A DNA stretch of 59,360 nt, filler included, from Sluysia triapertura (lineage: Eukaryota): NCBI GenBank assembly GCA_046118255.1. It is 5 parts of 5 records of this genome, joined end to end, with 100 filler letters (N's around TTAATTAATTAA, not from the genome) between each part and the next. Parts side by side here need not be neighbours in the genome. Positions count along the whole stretch, not along the records: positions 23,402 to 35,463 come from JBJNIA010142944.1; positions 35,564 to 47,909 come from JBJNIA010117862.1; 3 more parts are not named here. One strand, written 5' to 3'. The notes under the pieces were generated by a model, which did not search any database, was not told where the DNA came from, and saw only the letters and a program-made list of their open reading frames with translations. Both the position numbers and the translations under genes were made by a program. Shown here piece after piece: positions 26,186 to 39,708 of this stretch. Every line of letters begins with the position of its first letter. The first letter of the stretch is position 1.

Positions 26186-27526
26186 TCATTTCAAAGATAT
26201 TCTTATGCATACACAAGTAAGAATTAACGAGTTCACAATGGAAGAATTTGGAGTGGTATTGTTTGAGATTATAATATTATAAAATTTAGTTATACTGTTA
26301 GAAAAGATCTCTATTAAACTTAGATTAACAATTTTTTTGTAATAAATTATACAAATAAAAACATGAAATTTTATTATTACATAAAAAGCATATAAATTTT
26401 ATAATAAAATTTTTAAAAGTTGTATAGTTAGTTGATGTTTTTATATGGTTCTGAACATTCCAATTTGTGGAATCCTAAAGAATACATAAATTCATATTCA
26501 AAAAATAATAAAATTATAATTACTTTAGGTATTGTTTTATGATAATGATAATTATCTTTATATTGTAACCGAACTTGAAGATTGTTGAACTTGGATATGT
26601 CGTGGTGATAGCTGGATTGCAAAGAGGCCAATAAACCATCTAATCTTCTTATATGTTCGATTGCTTCATGTTCATTACCATTTATTTGCGAAATATTATG
26701 ATAGTAAGGGCAGGATTTGCCGAATTTTATAAAAATGCCAGAATCATTTACTTGGGAGGGGCATTGTGCCATACGTTTTGGAAGTTCCATTAATGACGAA
26801 CCGTACGATATTAATTTAATAGAATCATCTTTTGTCTCCACACCTAGCACATTAATCGATTCTTCTATAAGTACACATTTTTTGATGATTTCATCTCAGT
26901 TTTAGTAGTTTCTAATTCAGAGTGGTTTTTAAAATTCTTTATTAAATTGTACGAAATACCACGACTTACAAGTTCGCGTTCTAATACATCTTTGAAATCT
27001 TTAAATATTTTTGGTTGTATATTACTAATAGTAAATGTATAACGTCGAATTTTACAATTCAGGCATTTCGTAGCTAAGGATTCGATACTTGATGTATCAG
27101 GTTTAAGTGTTACTATATCATTAGTGAGAGTTAGGTAATTTAAGTTCTTGTTCATAATGTATACAGGACTTGTTGATAGATGTAATTCATTTAATATTAT
27201 TTCATCACTAATTCTATGAAATAGATCTGATGTAGTGATTGAATAATATTTTGATTAGGTCGACATATATTACTTTTTAGTTATTTGGATTCAAAAGACA
27301 TAATTTGTAGTTCATTAACAATACTATTACGACTTTAATGGGTTGAAAGATATATTACTTTATCAGACTTTAATAACAAAAGACACAGCAGTTTATTATG
27401 AAATTCAATTACATCTAAGATAGTAGGGAACTTATATTTCGAATCACTATCATACAGAGACTGATTTCCATTTTTTTCTAAATTAAATGTTGTGGTGGCC
27501 AACCTTTTATTCAAAATTAAAATCAT
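26186..27526 (-). pseudogene. CCCH-zinc-finger family paralogue A (disrupted)
   Basis: ORFs 27335-27526, 26865-27155 and 26428-26850 are successive pieces; RMAQCPSQVNDSGIFIKFGKSCPYYH..EHIRRLDGLL; 49-nt GT-AG intron at 26475-26523. Confidence 0.6.
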
Positions 27527-27559
27527 TATTTCTCACAAAATACTATATCTCATAATATA

Positions 27560-28230
27560 TCTTATATTTCACCTGTTGATCCATTAAACCTTAATTCTAT
27601 TTTTCAAAACACTTAACCCATAATTCTATAACATTATAACATTATAGCACAATTACTTTTTCAGAACGCATCAAAACCTCCTTTATACTTTATTTTTTTA
27701 GATCCACTAAAACTATTCTCAAGTCAAAACATTTTAAAATTACAGCTTTACAACAGCAAAATCACACCTACATTCAAAACTAATAGCGTACATAAAATTC
27801 ACTCAAAACATTTTAACTCACATCATCAAAATTACAATCCACATATCCAACTATCAAACAAACTTTTCAGATTTTACATAAAACATATCACTTTTTAATT
27901 CTTTCACATTCAATAACGAAAATCATCAAACATCTAAAAAATTTAATTCGAAACAATGCAAACTTTATTCTTACCTTCTCGAAACATTTTTTAATTCATA
28001 ACTTTATAGCATTAAAATTACATTCATTTTCAGATTAACAACGTACATCTAAAATTCATTAGAAACATTTTACCCATAGTTCCATAACGGTACAATCATA
28101 AGTATTTATTTCTTTCAGATTCACTAAAGTCATATCGCAAAACATTTAATCCACGATTTCAATATCCAGTCATTCAAAATATTTCAAAGCCATATTTTCA
28201 TCATATTTCACAATAACATTCATACTTATA
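27560..28230. repeat. Degenerate tandem repeat with strong CA/GT strand skew; related inverted block at 45310-45560
   Basis: Recurring TACATTCAAAAC...ACGTACAT...AAAACATTTTAACTCA and TTTTCAGATT motifs. Confidence 0.55.
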
Positions 28231-29574
28231 AGCAAAAGATCAATATGTAAAGAAAAGATGTTAATTCAACAGAAAGTTTTGTATAAAAAGAAAAGACTTA
28301 TGCGTTTTTATACTTTCTATAATTTGTTACTATTATCATTTACTCTTTTTATTGGTTTTTATTATGATTACTTTTATTATTTTTATTTACAAATCAATTA
28401 TTTTAGGTTTGCTAATTGTATTTTGTAACTACCACTATCGGCAGTGACAGCACTAATTTTTAAATACCATTTAATGACATTGCAGATAATCATTTAGCTA
28501 ATACGACCTTACTACATGGTCTGTGCTTCTACTGGTTGTCCAACCAAAACTACCTTTTACATTGTTGTTATTATTATCGATTTTACAACCAATAACAGTT
28601 ACAAAACACACAGGTAGTGTACAAAAATAGTGACAAAAATTGTGATTCACTTTTCTCAATATTTTATCTACTGTTGGTTAAATTAAAATAGTCGAGAGGA
28701 GTAAATGAATAAAAATTGTTTTTACACGATATCTACGTGTAAAAACAAATCAGCCACATGATAAATTAATTTATGTTACTGAGATTAGTGAAGTAGTTTT
28801 TTGGCATAGATCCTTTAAAGATTTTCTAGAACAAACGATTTCTATGATTTTGAAGTTTCTTTAGAAGTATGCATTCATAAAACAATGATTATGGTGTCAT
28901 TTACAATTATCACTGATAGATTATTTCGTCAAGTCTATGTTTCTTATGAAATTGGAATTGTTGACAAGATTTCTGTGGCTAACAGTAAGGAGATATTATG
29001 AAGTTTATATTTTAGTTCTCATAAACTAAATATTATCATAAACTAAATGTTTTCATAAAAATAAATCTTCCCTTCTAATAAATATTGCTATAATTTTTGT
29101 TTATAATTTTTGATCGCACAATAACTATAATTCTAACAATTCCGATTAGTCTAATTAGGTATCTGCTAATTGTGTCTGTCTATTTTTGCTAAATTTTTTA
29201 TTAAATCTATTAGTGTGTCTGTGTAAAATTAATAGTAATTAGACGTCCAATAAAACGAGCAAAAACAATGAAAAATAATGGTATTTATTGGTATTAATGG
29301 TACTGTAAATGTATGTAGTAAAAGACACACCAATACAAAGTTTCGATTAATATGAGTATCATTAATGATAGTGGATGATGTGTACAAATTGAAAAGGTGT
29401 CATTACTGATAGTGTAAATAGTGGTGGTAACGAGGGAATACGTGATGAAGATGATAATAATATTAGTAACAAAACATGGTGATAATATTAATTATATAAT
29501 CATATTAATAATGATAATAAAAATGGTCTTGATAATGATAAATTGTAATAAACTACTACTACTACTACTACTAC

Positions 29575-29624
<50 letters not shown>

Positions 29625-29673
29625 GTAATAATTATTATTTTTATTGTTTATATAAATATAATTATAATAAAAC

Positions 29674-30078
29674 CTGATAACCACTTTTATCTAATAATTT
29701 ATCACATAAAATCTTTATTGCTTCTTGAGTATTACTTGGTAAACGAAACCTTCGATTCTTTTTATTATATTTCTTAGTTGTTTTTTGTTGATCAACCATC
29801 ACCAATTCAGCTAACACTTTGTATCTATCCAGAAAATGATAGAATTCATGTCGAATGGGATATCCGGCTCGTCGAACACGTATAGTTTCCATCATACCGG
29901 AATATCTCAATTGACGTAAAACAAGTTGTCGATCAAACATGTCTGGCGCTTTTTCATCATTCGGTTTTATACAACGCACAAAATGAGGCTCTCTTTCATT
30001 CAACAATCTCATCAAGCGTTCTAAAGAACGTCGAAATTGAATAACTGTTGTTGGAGCTTTCTTTCGAGTTTCGAATCC
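29674..30078 (-). CDS. MYO7A: Unconventional myosin (myosin VII-like) motor-domain exon
   Basis: ttaag|[71 protein letters not shown]|gt; 135 codons. ETRK..PT and [18 protein letters not shown] are class-VII-like. Confidence 0.85.
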
Positions 30079-30418
30079 CTTAAATAATTAACGAAAGTAA
30101 TAAATTATTACAATAACTTAAGATAAAAGTACAAAATTTAAATATTTTTTTATTGAAGTCGACGAAGCACATTCAAAACTGTCATTTTCACCGGAAAATT
30201 GATGGGAGTTTAAATATGACAAGGGGACCTGTCCTGCATAAACACAATGGAGACAGGATTGAACAATATCAATTTACTAATATCCTTTTACAGAAATTCT
30301 ATTAAATTATGAAATTTTAAATAAAAATACAGAATTAATATTGGAAAATAATTAGAAATAATAATAATATCAGTAGCAAAAGTAATAGTAATATCAACAA
30401 TAGTAATGAAAGTAACAG

Positions 30419-30485
<67 letters not shown>

Positions 30486-31849
30486 ATTAATAATATAACA
30501 TGAATTGATTGAACCATCAGATGATACTGTTTCAGAAGAATGAATTAATTTTTGTATGATTTCTGTCTTAAAACGATTTAACTGAATAATTTTGTATTCA
30601 AAAAATTCATTATCTTTTGAGATCATCAAATAGTATAACGAAATTTTTTGGTTATATTATTTAATAATATATTATAAAACATTCGATTCAAATAATTTTA
30701 TCCCATTGCATATCAAAAACAGAAGATACATTTAATAAAAATATTTTCAACACTTACTCATATTAATTGGAGATCATTTTTAATTTTTGTATATTGAGGT
30801 TTAATTCTAAATTTTGAAATTTAATTTCTAAGAATGATATTTTATGTTTTTAGAAATTTGTTTGAACAATTTCTTTTGAGAGTAAAAGTTAATGTACTTG
30901 CCTCGTCCATGTGAATTAAAATATTATTCTTATCATACTTGAATTTTTTAAATGCTGGTTTCTGTAAAAAGATTGAAACAACCCATTAAAATAGTTCATT
31001 TTTCTTTTAAAATTTAAATATTGCGAATTTGTTTTTGAATTAATATTAATAACTGTATTTTAAATTATGTAAAATATTATCTGATATTATTAATTAATTT
31101 ATTCAATTATAGGATTTAACTTTATTTAGTTGTACAAATAAATTAATTATTTCGAGTAATAAAAATTACCCATTTACCATGCAACATTTCGAATTTGTAT
31201 CTAATAGAAGAAAGGAAACTGAGTTAAAGTTCCAAATCCGATTACATAGAAATAAATTAAACAGGAAAGGTTTAATGCAAGTATGCATATTTCTAAATAT
31301 GTAATTATATTAATAATTAAATGTAATTATTAATTATATTTGAATTATAATTGCATAAAAACTCATAAAATCACCACATAATTTTTTACATGATTTTCTT
31401 TTATTTTATTAATGTCCATCATAAATAAATTATTTTCACTGTGTTACGTATATTTGATTAAGTAAATATATTCTAAATCTTTCCTCAGCAAGGACTGATT
31501 TCATGTGTTTCCAGTTTATGTGATTATTCTATCACAGGTAATTCTTTATTACCACTTAAGTATAATTTAAAAAATAATTTCTTGCGTTATCTCTGTTAAT
31601 TTAAATCACAGAAGTTCAATTTCTCTATTAATAATATGTTACAAAAATATCTATAGCTTCTCCAAAACTATCACTTTAATCCGAGCTTATCTTACAAATA
31701 GTTTTTAATTAAGTTAATTATCAAATGTACTTTCATGAATTTTAAACCTTAAATATCATATTTTAAGGTATTGATAACTTTTAAAATGCCGCTTAAAATA
31801 CCGTCAATTACCATTTTTAATATCCTACGCAAATTATTCGTTTTTCATC

Positions 31850-31850
<1 letters not shown>

Positions 31851-31929
<79 letters not shown>
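31851..31929. repeat. (ATT)n microsatellite, about 26 units
   Basis: Direct. Confidence 0.95.
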
Positions 31930-34178
31930 GACTAATTACATTATTAAATATTTAAAAAAATTGTTTTATTTTATGATATTTTTTATTATTCTTCAGATTC
32001 ATTAAAGTTACTCGAATAGAATTTAAGCAAATATCCTAATTCCTAAAATCCTAACCAAATATATGAAAATATGAAAAATGTTTCAACCATTGTTGTATAA
32101 CTGATAATAATATTGATTATAATAGTTTATTATATCTACATTCCTATAAAAATGTAGGATAGCCGAATTGGTCAGTGAAAATAATTGATCATATTATATC
32201 TTATAATATTCTGATTAATAGTACAATGTATAGTCGATTTCATAATTATTATGATTATTTGTCTATGATAAAGATTCAAACATCAGTGTAGCTTAGTTTT
32301 AGAACAGTTTGTGTAGTAATAAAGCAGTAAAACTCGGTTCTTCGTAATATATATTTCGTCAAACAATTTGTCAAATAAACGTAAAGTGAAATAATGTATT
32401 TATTTTATATGTTAACCTTAATCCATTATTATTATTTAAGTGTTACGTGGATACATGTTAGTCACTTATAGTACTGTCCATACTATAAAACAATATCCAT
32501 GATAATAAACAATGAATTCTAATTTCATATTCAATGGTTTCAATATTAATCTATAATAATATAAATCAAATATAATTAATTTGGTGTAACATAAACTAAT
32601 AAGAGAATAAAGATAAAAATTTAAACATATATCGTAAAGGTCAAGAAATCGTTTATATTTTAGTGTTATGTAGTATAATTATTTATGTAATTAATAAAAA
32701 ATAATAATAAAATATAATAGGAATAAGTATATCCAATTACATCTTTTTTAAAATAGATGGATTACTTTCACTATAAAAAGACAGAATGCGAGAAAACAAA
32801 TATATTAGTATAGAAATACAAGTTGAAAAATTATGATTGTGATTCAAATTATAAATAATAAAGATTAAAAAAAATATTCAACTTCGTTTACATCAAATTG
32901 AAGTCTATTTCTTAGTCGAATTATTTGTTCTCTTTAGTTTATTTTGGTTACGCTTATTTAAATAAGCATAAAATAGACAAAAAGTCGTATTAAAATTTCA
33001 CTGAATAAATAAATACATTTAAATTATTATTGTGATTTTTTATTAGATTATTAATCAAATTAATAAATAGAAACTCAGAATTTAAATGAATGAGTATCGA
33101 TAAAGAATTTAGAATATCAAATTTAAAGTGAACCTTACATACAGTAGAAAATTGAGCATTCATATAGGGTAGTTAGTTATAAGCCAACTTCCATTATAGG
33201 CGAACTCGATTTTCTTTATAAAATTGTTAATTTCAATTTTAAATAAAATACGAGTATTATTATTACCTTAATAATCTTATTAAAATTATATTTATTTTTC
33301 AATAAGAAAATTGTTCTACTTCTTAGTGATATAAAGTATAATAAAATTTGATAATTTTCAAGGTCAAAAATTGCACGTTTCCTTAATAGTGAAAGTTGAA
33401 AAGTGATATCAAAATTTCAAATTTAATGTGCCATGTTCTTCAAAATGGAAAACATAAAAATTACCAGGCATAATAAAAGGTTAAACTATTTTCAAATAAT
33501 AATTAAACGCTTTATAAATATCAATTTATTATTTTGATGATATAATTAAGTGGTATTTTGTATTTTAATTCCAGTTAAATTACAAAGTAGCACTAATTTA
33601 AATATTCCTTTCTTAATTTACTTAATCGAAATGTGTTTCGTTATTATGAAATAATATTTTAAAATCAATACATTAAATTTATATAATTTTAAATGTTCCA
33701 TTTATATTTTATAAATTGTTTTATATTTTTTGAATATAAAGATTACAATTTGTGATGATTTATGTACTTAAAGACAATAAACAATGGTTCATAAACTCCT
33801 TACATCAATTATTAGATATATATGTTTATGTTTGATACAAACGTAGCAGTAAACGTTTCATTGATTTCACAAATTAAAACGATACATCTAAGACTGTGAA
33901 AAATAAAAAATATGAAATTTTAGTATGTGCTGCAAAGAAATCTTTAATTTTTGTCGACTTAAAGTGATTATTATATAAAATAAATTTAAATTTTAAGAAT
34001 AAATAAATATGTTACAATTAGATGAAGGGAACATCAATCAATATTTAAAAATAGAAATTAAATGAAAAGGTAGAATGTATAAGTTATTGTGAACAAAAAA
34101 ATGGAAAATAAGCAAAACTAATAATGAAAATTGTGTCAAAATGGAAATCAAGAAAGAATCCTAGTTGGTTTTAGCAAT

Positions 34179-35316
34179 ATGACAGAAAAATCCAAAGTTC
34201 ATACTAGTAATAATGAACCAAAGCATTTTAAATATGGAATAGATGGTTTATTCGGTTGGGTAGTTGTAGTAGTTTCATGGCAAGTTTCATTGGTGAGGTT
34301 TTATCTTATTTGTTTGGTTTATTGGTAATTGAATTCGCAAAATATCATAATTTGGACCGATTTACCATAAGATGGATAAATTCGACATTGATGGTAGTAA
34401 CTTTAAGTTCGGACATTTTTGTAAATCCGATATCAAAAAATAGGTCAATGTTTAACGGGTATTATAGGTGATGTGTTGGTAGCACTTTGTTTTTAAATTA
34501 ATTATTTTACTATTTAGTGTGGTTTTTTTATATTAGTTGCATGTTGCTTTGGTGGATTCGGTTTAGGAATGGTATATTTACCTTCTATAATAATAATAAT
34601 CAATGACTGGTTCGTAATACGTCGCTCATTGGCTATGGTAATTGCAGTTAGTGCTTCCGGATTAGGAGTTTTTGCTCTGGTTACAAAGATTCTGATTGAA
34701 CAATGAGGATATTTTATTTTATCATTTGTATTAATGTTGGGATTCACAAGTGTGTATTAGGAAATTAAAGAGAAACATGTAGAGCTATAAAAATTTTATT
34801 GTAATCGTGATTATGTTGACCAAAAATATTTAAGTAACATAATTATTATTAACTTTCTAGATAGTGATATTGTTAGTGTCTGTTGCGGCGCATCTGGTTG
34901 TTTTTATAATTAGATTGTAGTATCCCTTAATATTATTATAAACGTTATTGTTATTTTTGTCATTTAGTTATTTTTAGTATTGTTTAGTGGTGATTTATAT
35001 TAATAATAAATTCTATTTTGATTTTTGTTTAATAGTACGTTATTGTCTTAGTTTTGATGTGATTTTTAAGAGCTTAATTTAGGGGTAATAGTTATTAATA
35101 TTAAGTAAGATTACTGCAAAATTATACTTATTATTAAGATTAAGATTCTTTTAAACTAATCAAGTTAATATTGAGTTATCATAACTAATAATTTTTAAAG
35201 ACGCCATATTATGTTGTGCCTTTACATAACCCGAAAGTAAAAATCTAATTTAATTGGAAATATGGATTTATGTTGCCTATCTTGCCATAAAGCAAGGATA
35301 TACTGAATCAAATAGT

Positions 35317-35355
<39 letters not shown>

Positions 35356-35463
35356 TTAGGTCGAATTTCATTTGGTATAATTTGTAGTTTTGGAGCTCAT
35401 AGATTTCAGATGAATATTTCTTATATTCTATCAGGTGTTAGTACAATAATTATGGCATATCTG
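34179..35463 (+). pseudogene. Monocarboxylate transporter (SLC16 / MFS) pseudogene
   Basis: DGLFGWVVVV/SFMASFI..SYLFGLL, GGFGLGMVYLPSIIIINDWFVIRRSLAMVIAVSASGLGVFA and TLGRISFG match SLC16; frameshifts and stops are present. Confidence 0.8.
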
Positions 35464-35563
35464 NNNNNNNNNNNNNNNNNNNNNNNNNNNNNNNNNNNNN
35501 NNNNNNNTTAATTAATTAANNNNNNNNNNNNNNNNNNNNNNNNNNNNNNNNNNNNNNNNNNNN

Positions 35564-36810
35564 TAAACACATATTAAGATTGTAGATTTGACTTGAGTCA
35601 TTTGCCAATCTCCATATATAAGTGGTATTTGATTATTTGTAGCATATTCATAAACGGGAGTTGGAAGTATTGGCATACCGGGAGGAGGAGCGTAGTTGTT
35701 TCTGTGTGGAACTGTGTATGCGTCGTTATCATCATTATTATTATGTGGTGGGCACGGGTATCGACATCTATTCGAAACAAACATAATGATAGTCAATACC
35801 ACTATGGCTAAAGCTATTATGAACAGTATTGCCGCTATCGTTAATATTACTAACGCTGGATCATTTCGTAGTATTTCCAATATTGTTAGATTCTTTCTTG
35901 TTCCTTTAATTGCAAAATGTAGATATTTCGACGAACGTCTAAATCTTACTAAGATATGTCTATCTTCGGTAGGTAACATATCTGGGCATATCGTAATTGG
36001 ATATCGTAATTCATTATCAATGAAGTTTTCGTATATCACCCATGAACTAAACTTAAGTCTGGCAGGTTTTAGACATGCAACTTTGACGTGAATATTTTCA
36101 TTCAGAGTTCTAATTTTTACTTCTCTATCACTATTATAAAATTCAAAATATTCCGTTTTAAATGAGTGTTCTTGACAGTGCATTACTGTAATCATTGTAA
36201 TTAAGATTAATGGGATAAGATTTTTGTTATTTGTAGGGACCCGTATTTTCTTATGAATTCGAAATAAGTAAATTATAGTCCAAAGTATGTATAATGCGGT
36301 GAAGGTTGATAACATTACAAGAAAGTCATATGAATGCATTGTAATAGGTTTTATAGTTGGCACGGTTGAACTACTTCTTTGATTTGTAGTTGTTTTGTAA
36401 AAATATTCTTTTGTACTGGTTAAATTACTCCTTTGGTTCGTAGTTGTTCTGTAAGATTATTTTCTTGTACAATTTAACCAATCTCCAGTTGTTCTCTATG
36501 AGCGTTCCGTCATTTCCTTTATCTGTCTCTTAAATCTTTTTTCTAATCGTTTCATATCTTGTTGCAGTTTAGTTATTTGTGCTTCTTTTGCTACTAATTT
36601 AGATTTCAAATCATTTTTTGCTTTAGAATCATTGAACAATTGGCTTTCTAATGTAGTACATTTTCGTTGCTGTTGTTTTAAACCTTGTTTAATTTGTTTG
36701 ATTTGTTCTTCAAGCTTTTTTGTTTTGTCTTCATTGTTAAGTTGATTTATTTGTTCGATAAATTTCCATATCTCTCGTATATTTCGTGGAGTCTCTAAAG
36801 AGAAAGTTCT
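35564..36810 (-). CDS. Intronless membrane polyprotein-like ORF with two nonsense codons (coiled coil, S/T stalk, three hydrophobic segments, Pro/Tyr tail)
   Basis: ORFs 36496-36909 and 35512-36363 are in the same frame, 44 codons apart; the stops fall at Tyr positions of a repeated Y(R/K)TTTNQRS unit. Confidence 0.5.
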
Positions 36811-36935
36811 TCTTGCTGCTTGAATAATTATTATTTGTAATTTTTTCACTTTTCTATATGAAATTGAGTACAACAAACCATTGTTAAAATCTATGTTGCT
36901 AGTTGTCAATGAATGAACTATAAGTTTAGCTGTTT
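36811..36935 (-). mobile_element. Short L2/CR1-group RT fragment
   Basis: SNIDFNNGLLYSISYRKVKKLQIIIIQAAR, nearly identical to 58760-58880. Confidence 0.8.
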
Positions 36936-38099
36936 GTTAACAATTTTAAGAGTTTTTAAATTTAATTAAACTATTTGGAATAATTTTACTACTTTGAATA
37001 ATTTTACTAATGGAATAATTTTAATTTTATGTAAGTAATATTTAATTTTATTTATTGAATTATTTGTTTGTTTTAATGAGTAAAATGAGTATAAATACTC
37101 TAAAATTTTAAAAACATACAATATAACCAAATTCTTTAAAAATTTTAATCAAACAAACTTTGGCTAGGAAAGCTCCATTCTTGGAAAGTAGATTTTTACC
37201 ATATCTTTTATCGCAATTATTGTTAGTATATTTTAATTAAGCTTTGCGTACATTTTAGTACTTATTAAAATCACACTTAACATATTTCTAAACGATTTCA
37301 GAACCATTTAAAAGGTTATTGGTAAAATTATTAAACAAAAATTTATTATTTTTGGTATTAACGTCATTAAAGTTAATCCGAGTAACTTATAAAAGGAAAA
37401 AGAGTTTAACCTCGATTATATATTTTGTCTAATTTTTTGTAATAAACATTATTTATTCTTTAGAATTATTAATTTAAATCTAAAATCTTTACATGAAAAC
37501 TGATTTTTTATGATTCAGTTTTAATTGAATCTAGGTAAATTCTCTAACATATTAACAATTAAATTAATAATTAACGGTCCTATTTAAGAAGAATCATCGT
37601 AAATTATATAGATTTAAATTATATAGTGCCTAAGTTTCTCTTTTAAAATCCGAAATTTAACTGGATATCGTAAATTATTAAACTCTAAATATCCTATTTA
37701 AGAAATGATTCATCGTAATATCTGATAATAAATTAAACGATTAATAATCCATAACAAATTTAAAATCCCATTAGTTTTTTTAATCATAAAAATTCGTGAT
37801 ACTCTTAACTTAAATAAGTACTTACATAAGAAGTACTGCTAGAAGTTATTAATAAGATATTTGAGAATAACCTCCAATAATTATATGTTACTATTTCTTT
37901 TAAAATCCAGCGGCTAGCCATAACTGCTAAGACTAGATACGTTGGTGGACTTACTTAATTTAATTTAAAATTATTCTGTCCAAAATCTTTATTATTTTAT
38001 TGAAGGAAAGTAAGGTAAACATAATAAATTAATAAAGGAAATTTACATTGATAAAAGATTGTACCTTCAGATAAATTTAAGTAGTAAAACAAACGTGAA

Positions 38100-38138
<39 letters not shown>

Positions 38139-39009
38139 GATAAAATCATTATAATTTCTAAATTTGTTAGTTAAAAGTAAATATTATAGAAACCAAAAAC
38201 TGATTTCACATGGAAGTTAATGTTGAAATTTGTTTAAACAAACAAATTCAAATTGATTCACATCAGTTTGTTTTGAAATTATGCTATTTGAATAGATCTT
38301 ATTTAGTGATTAGTAGAATCATTTTGTACTATTATTTAACTAATTTAACAATGAAATTCTGACAAATAAAATAAAATACATTTTATAATTATAATTATAA
38401 TAATAATTAGTATTTTAATGTCTTTATCGTGAATCTAAACTTCGAGTTTGGTATGTCTAGTTTATTTTGTTATAGATTATAATCGATAGATGTACATGAA
38501 GAAGGCGATTCGTTTATAAGACCATCATCATTCTTATTTTCTATCCTCTTTCTATTTTATGTATAATAATTGCTTTTAAAAAATCTTATTCCTATTTATC
38601 TTTTTCTTCAATATCAGAGTAATCTCTTGTTCTTTTGATTGTAACATTTCTTTAATGTCAATAGGTTCAGAATATCTCGTTTTACCACACAGTTTTTCCA
38701 TTTAGATCTTTAAATTTTGTAAGAGCCTATGCAAGATTTAAAATCTTCTAAATTTAGTTGTAGACTATTATTTGATCGTTCATATAGTTTCGCTAGAATT
38801 CAAGCAATTTAGAACTTCTAAAAGATGTTACTTTTGCTGTGGTTTTAACTTATTCTTACTTTTACGGTAAAATAAATTTGAGCAAGGTTCGGTTACAGTA
38901 TATGACTTACGACGTAGAAGGTGTACCTGTAACTATAAGTGAACGGTTTTAGTGTATTAAAGCATTTGCATAAAAATATGATCAAACCATCATCAATAAA
39001 AAATAAAGT

Positions 39010-39350
39010 AACTCATCAATGCATATTTCTTTATTTTCAATAAATTGCATATTATTCCCTTCTTGGAATGTTGCATTTACCACACATACTAGAAATTCTT
39101 TCAGCTTTTTGCTTTTCTGCGTGTGTAAGGAATATTTATAACACATAGAACATCTCCCTCGGAATGCTGTATTTAAATTGTTCTCTGTGAAAATAGCCTT
39201 GATTCAGTGTGTAATCCTAAAATCTTTCTTCCTTCTACATGAGATTTGACTAATGCAAAATTAAAATTAAAAATTATTTTAAATTGTACGGAACATTTAT
39301 AAAATTACAATAAAAAAAGTTTCAAAACTTCAGCTCAATACGTTTATTAA
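39010..39350 (-). mobile_element. piggyBac 3' remnant
   Basis: FRGRCSMCYK..SSMCGKCN; inverted copy of about 4950-5330. Confidence 0.6.
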
Positions 39351-39530
39351 TTATCAAAAATTAAAAAATCGGTGAACAATCTTGTCCACGCTTGATAATT
39401 GTAGAATTAATTTTAATGTTTTTTTTGACATTTTAAATTTAAATTTTATTTTAAATAATGCTTCTAGTTGAATAATTATGTAAATGTGTTAATAGACATT
39501 TTACTTGGATAAAATTATTGTTTATTTTAG

Positions 39531-39708
39531 CTAACTGGTCCCGACAAAATCCAGATTTATAAGGGAGATCGTGAATCGAATGGCAAGTACACATTTTCTA
39601 CTAGTAAATCCGGTACATACAAATATTGTTTCGGGAATGAAATGAGCGTAACTGATTTGAAAGTAGTGTTATTTCGATTCACAATACTCGGCGAAGAAAC
39701 CCCAAAAA
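39531..39708 (+). CDS. TMED2: p24/TMED2 GOLD-domain exon (absent from the ORF track)
   Basis: ttttag|LTGPDKIQIYKGDRESNGKYTFSTSKSGTYKYCFGNEMSVTDLKVVLFRFTILGEETPK|gtaaat; matches the TMED2 pattern ITGPD..IYKGDRES.GKYTF. Confidence 0.88.

Noticed and set aside
29421-30629. Poly-Ile/Leu/Val ORFs (also 5840, 6372, 23012, 47958)
   Set aside because: Translations of (ATT)n/(AAT)n microsatellites.
32154-32178. tRNA-Leu/Ser-like 5' end GTAGGATAGCCGAATTGGTC
   Set aside because: No B box or 3' half follows.
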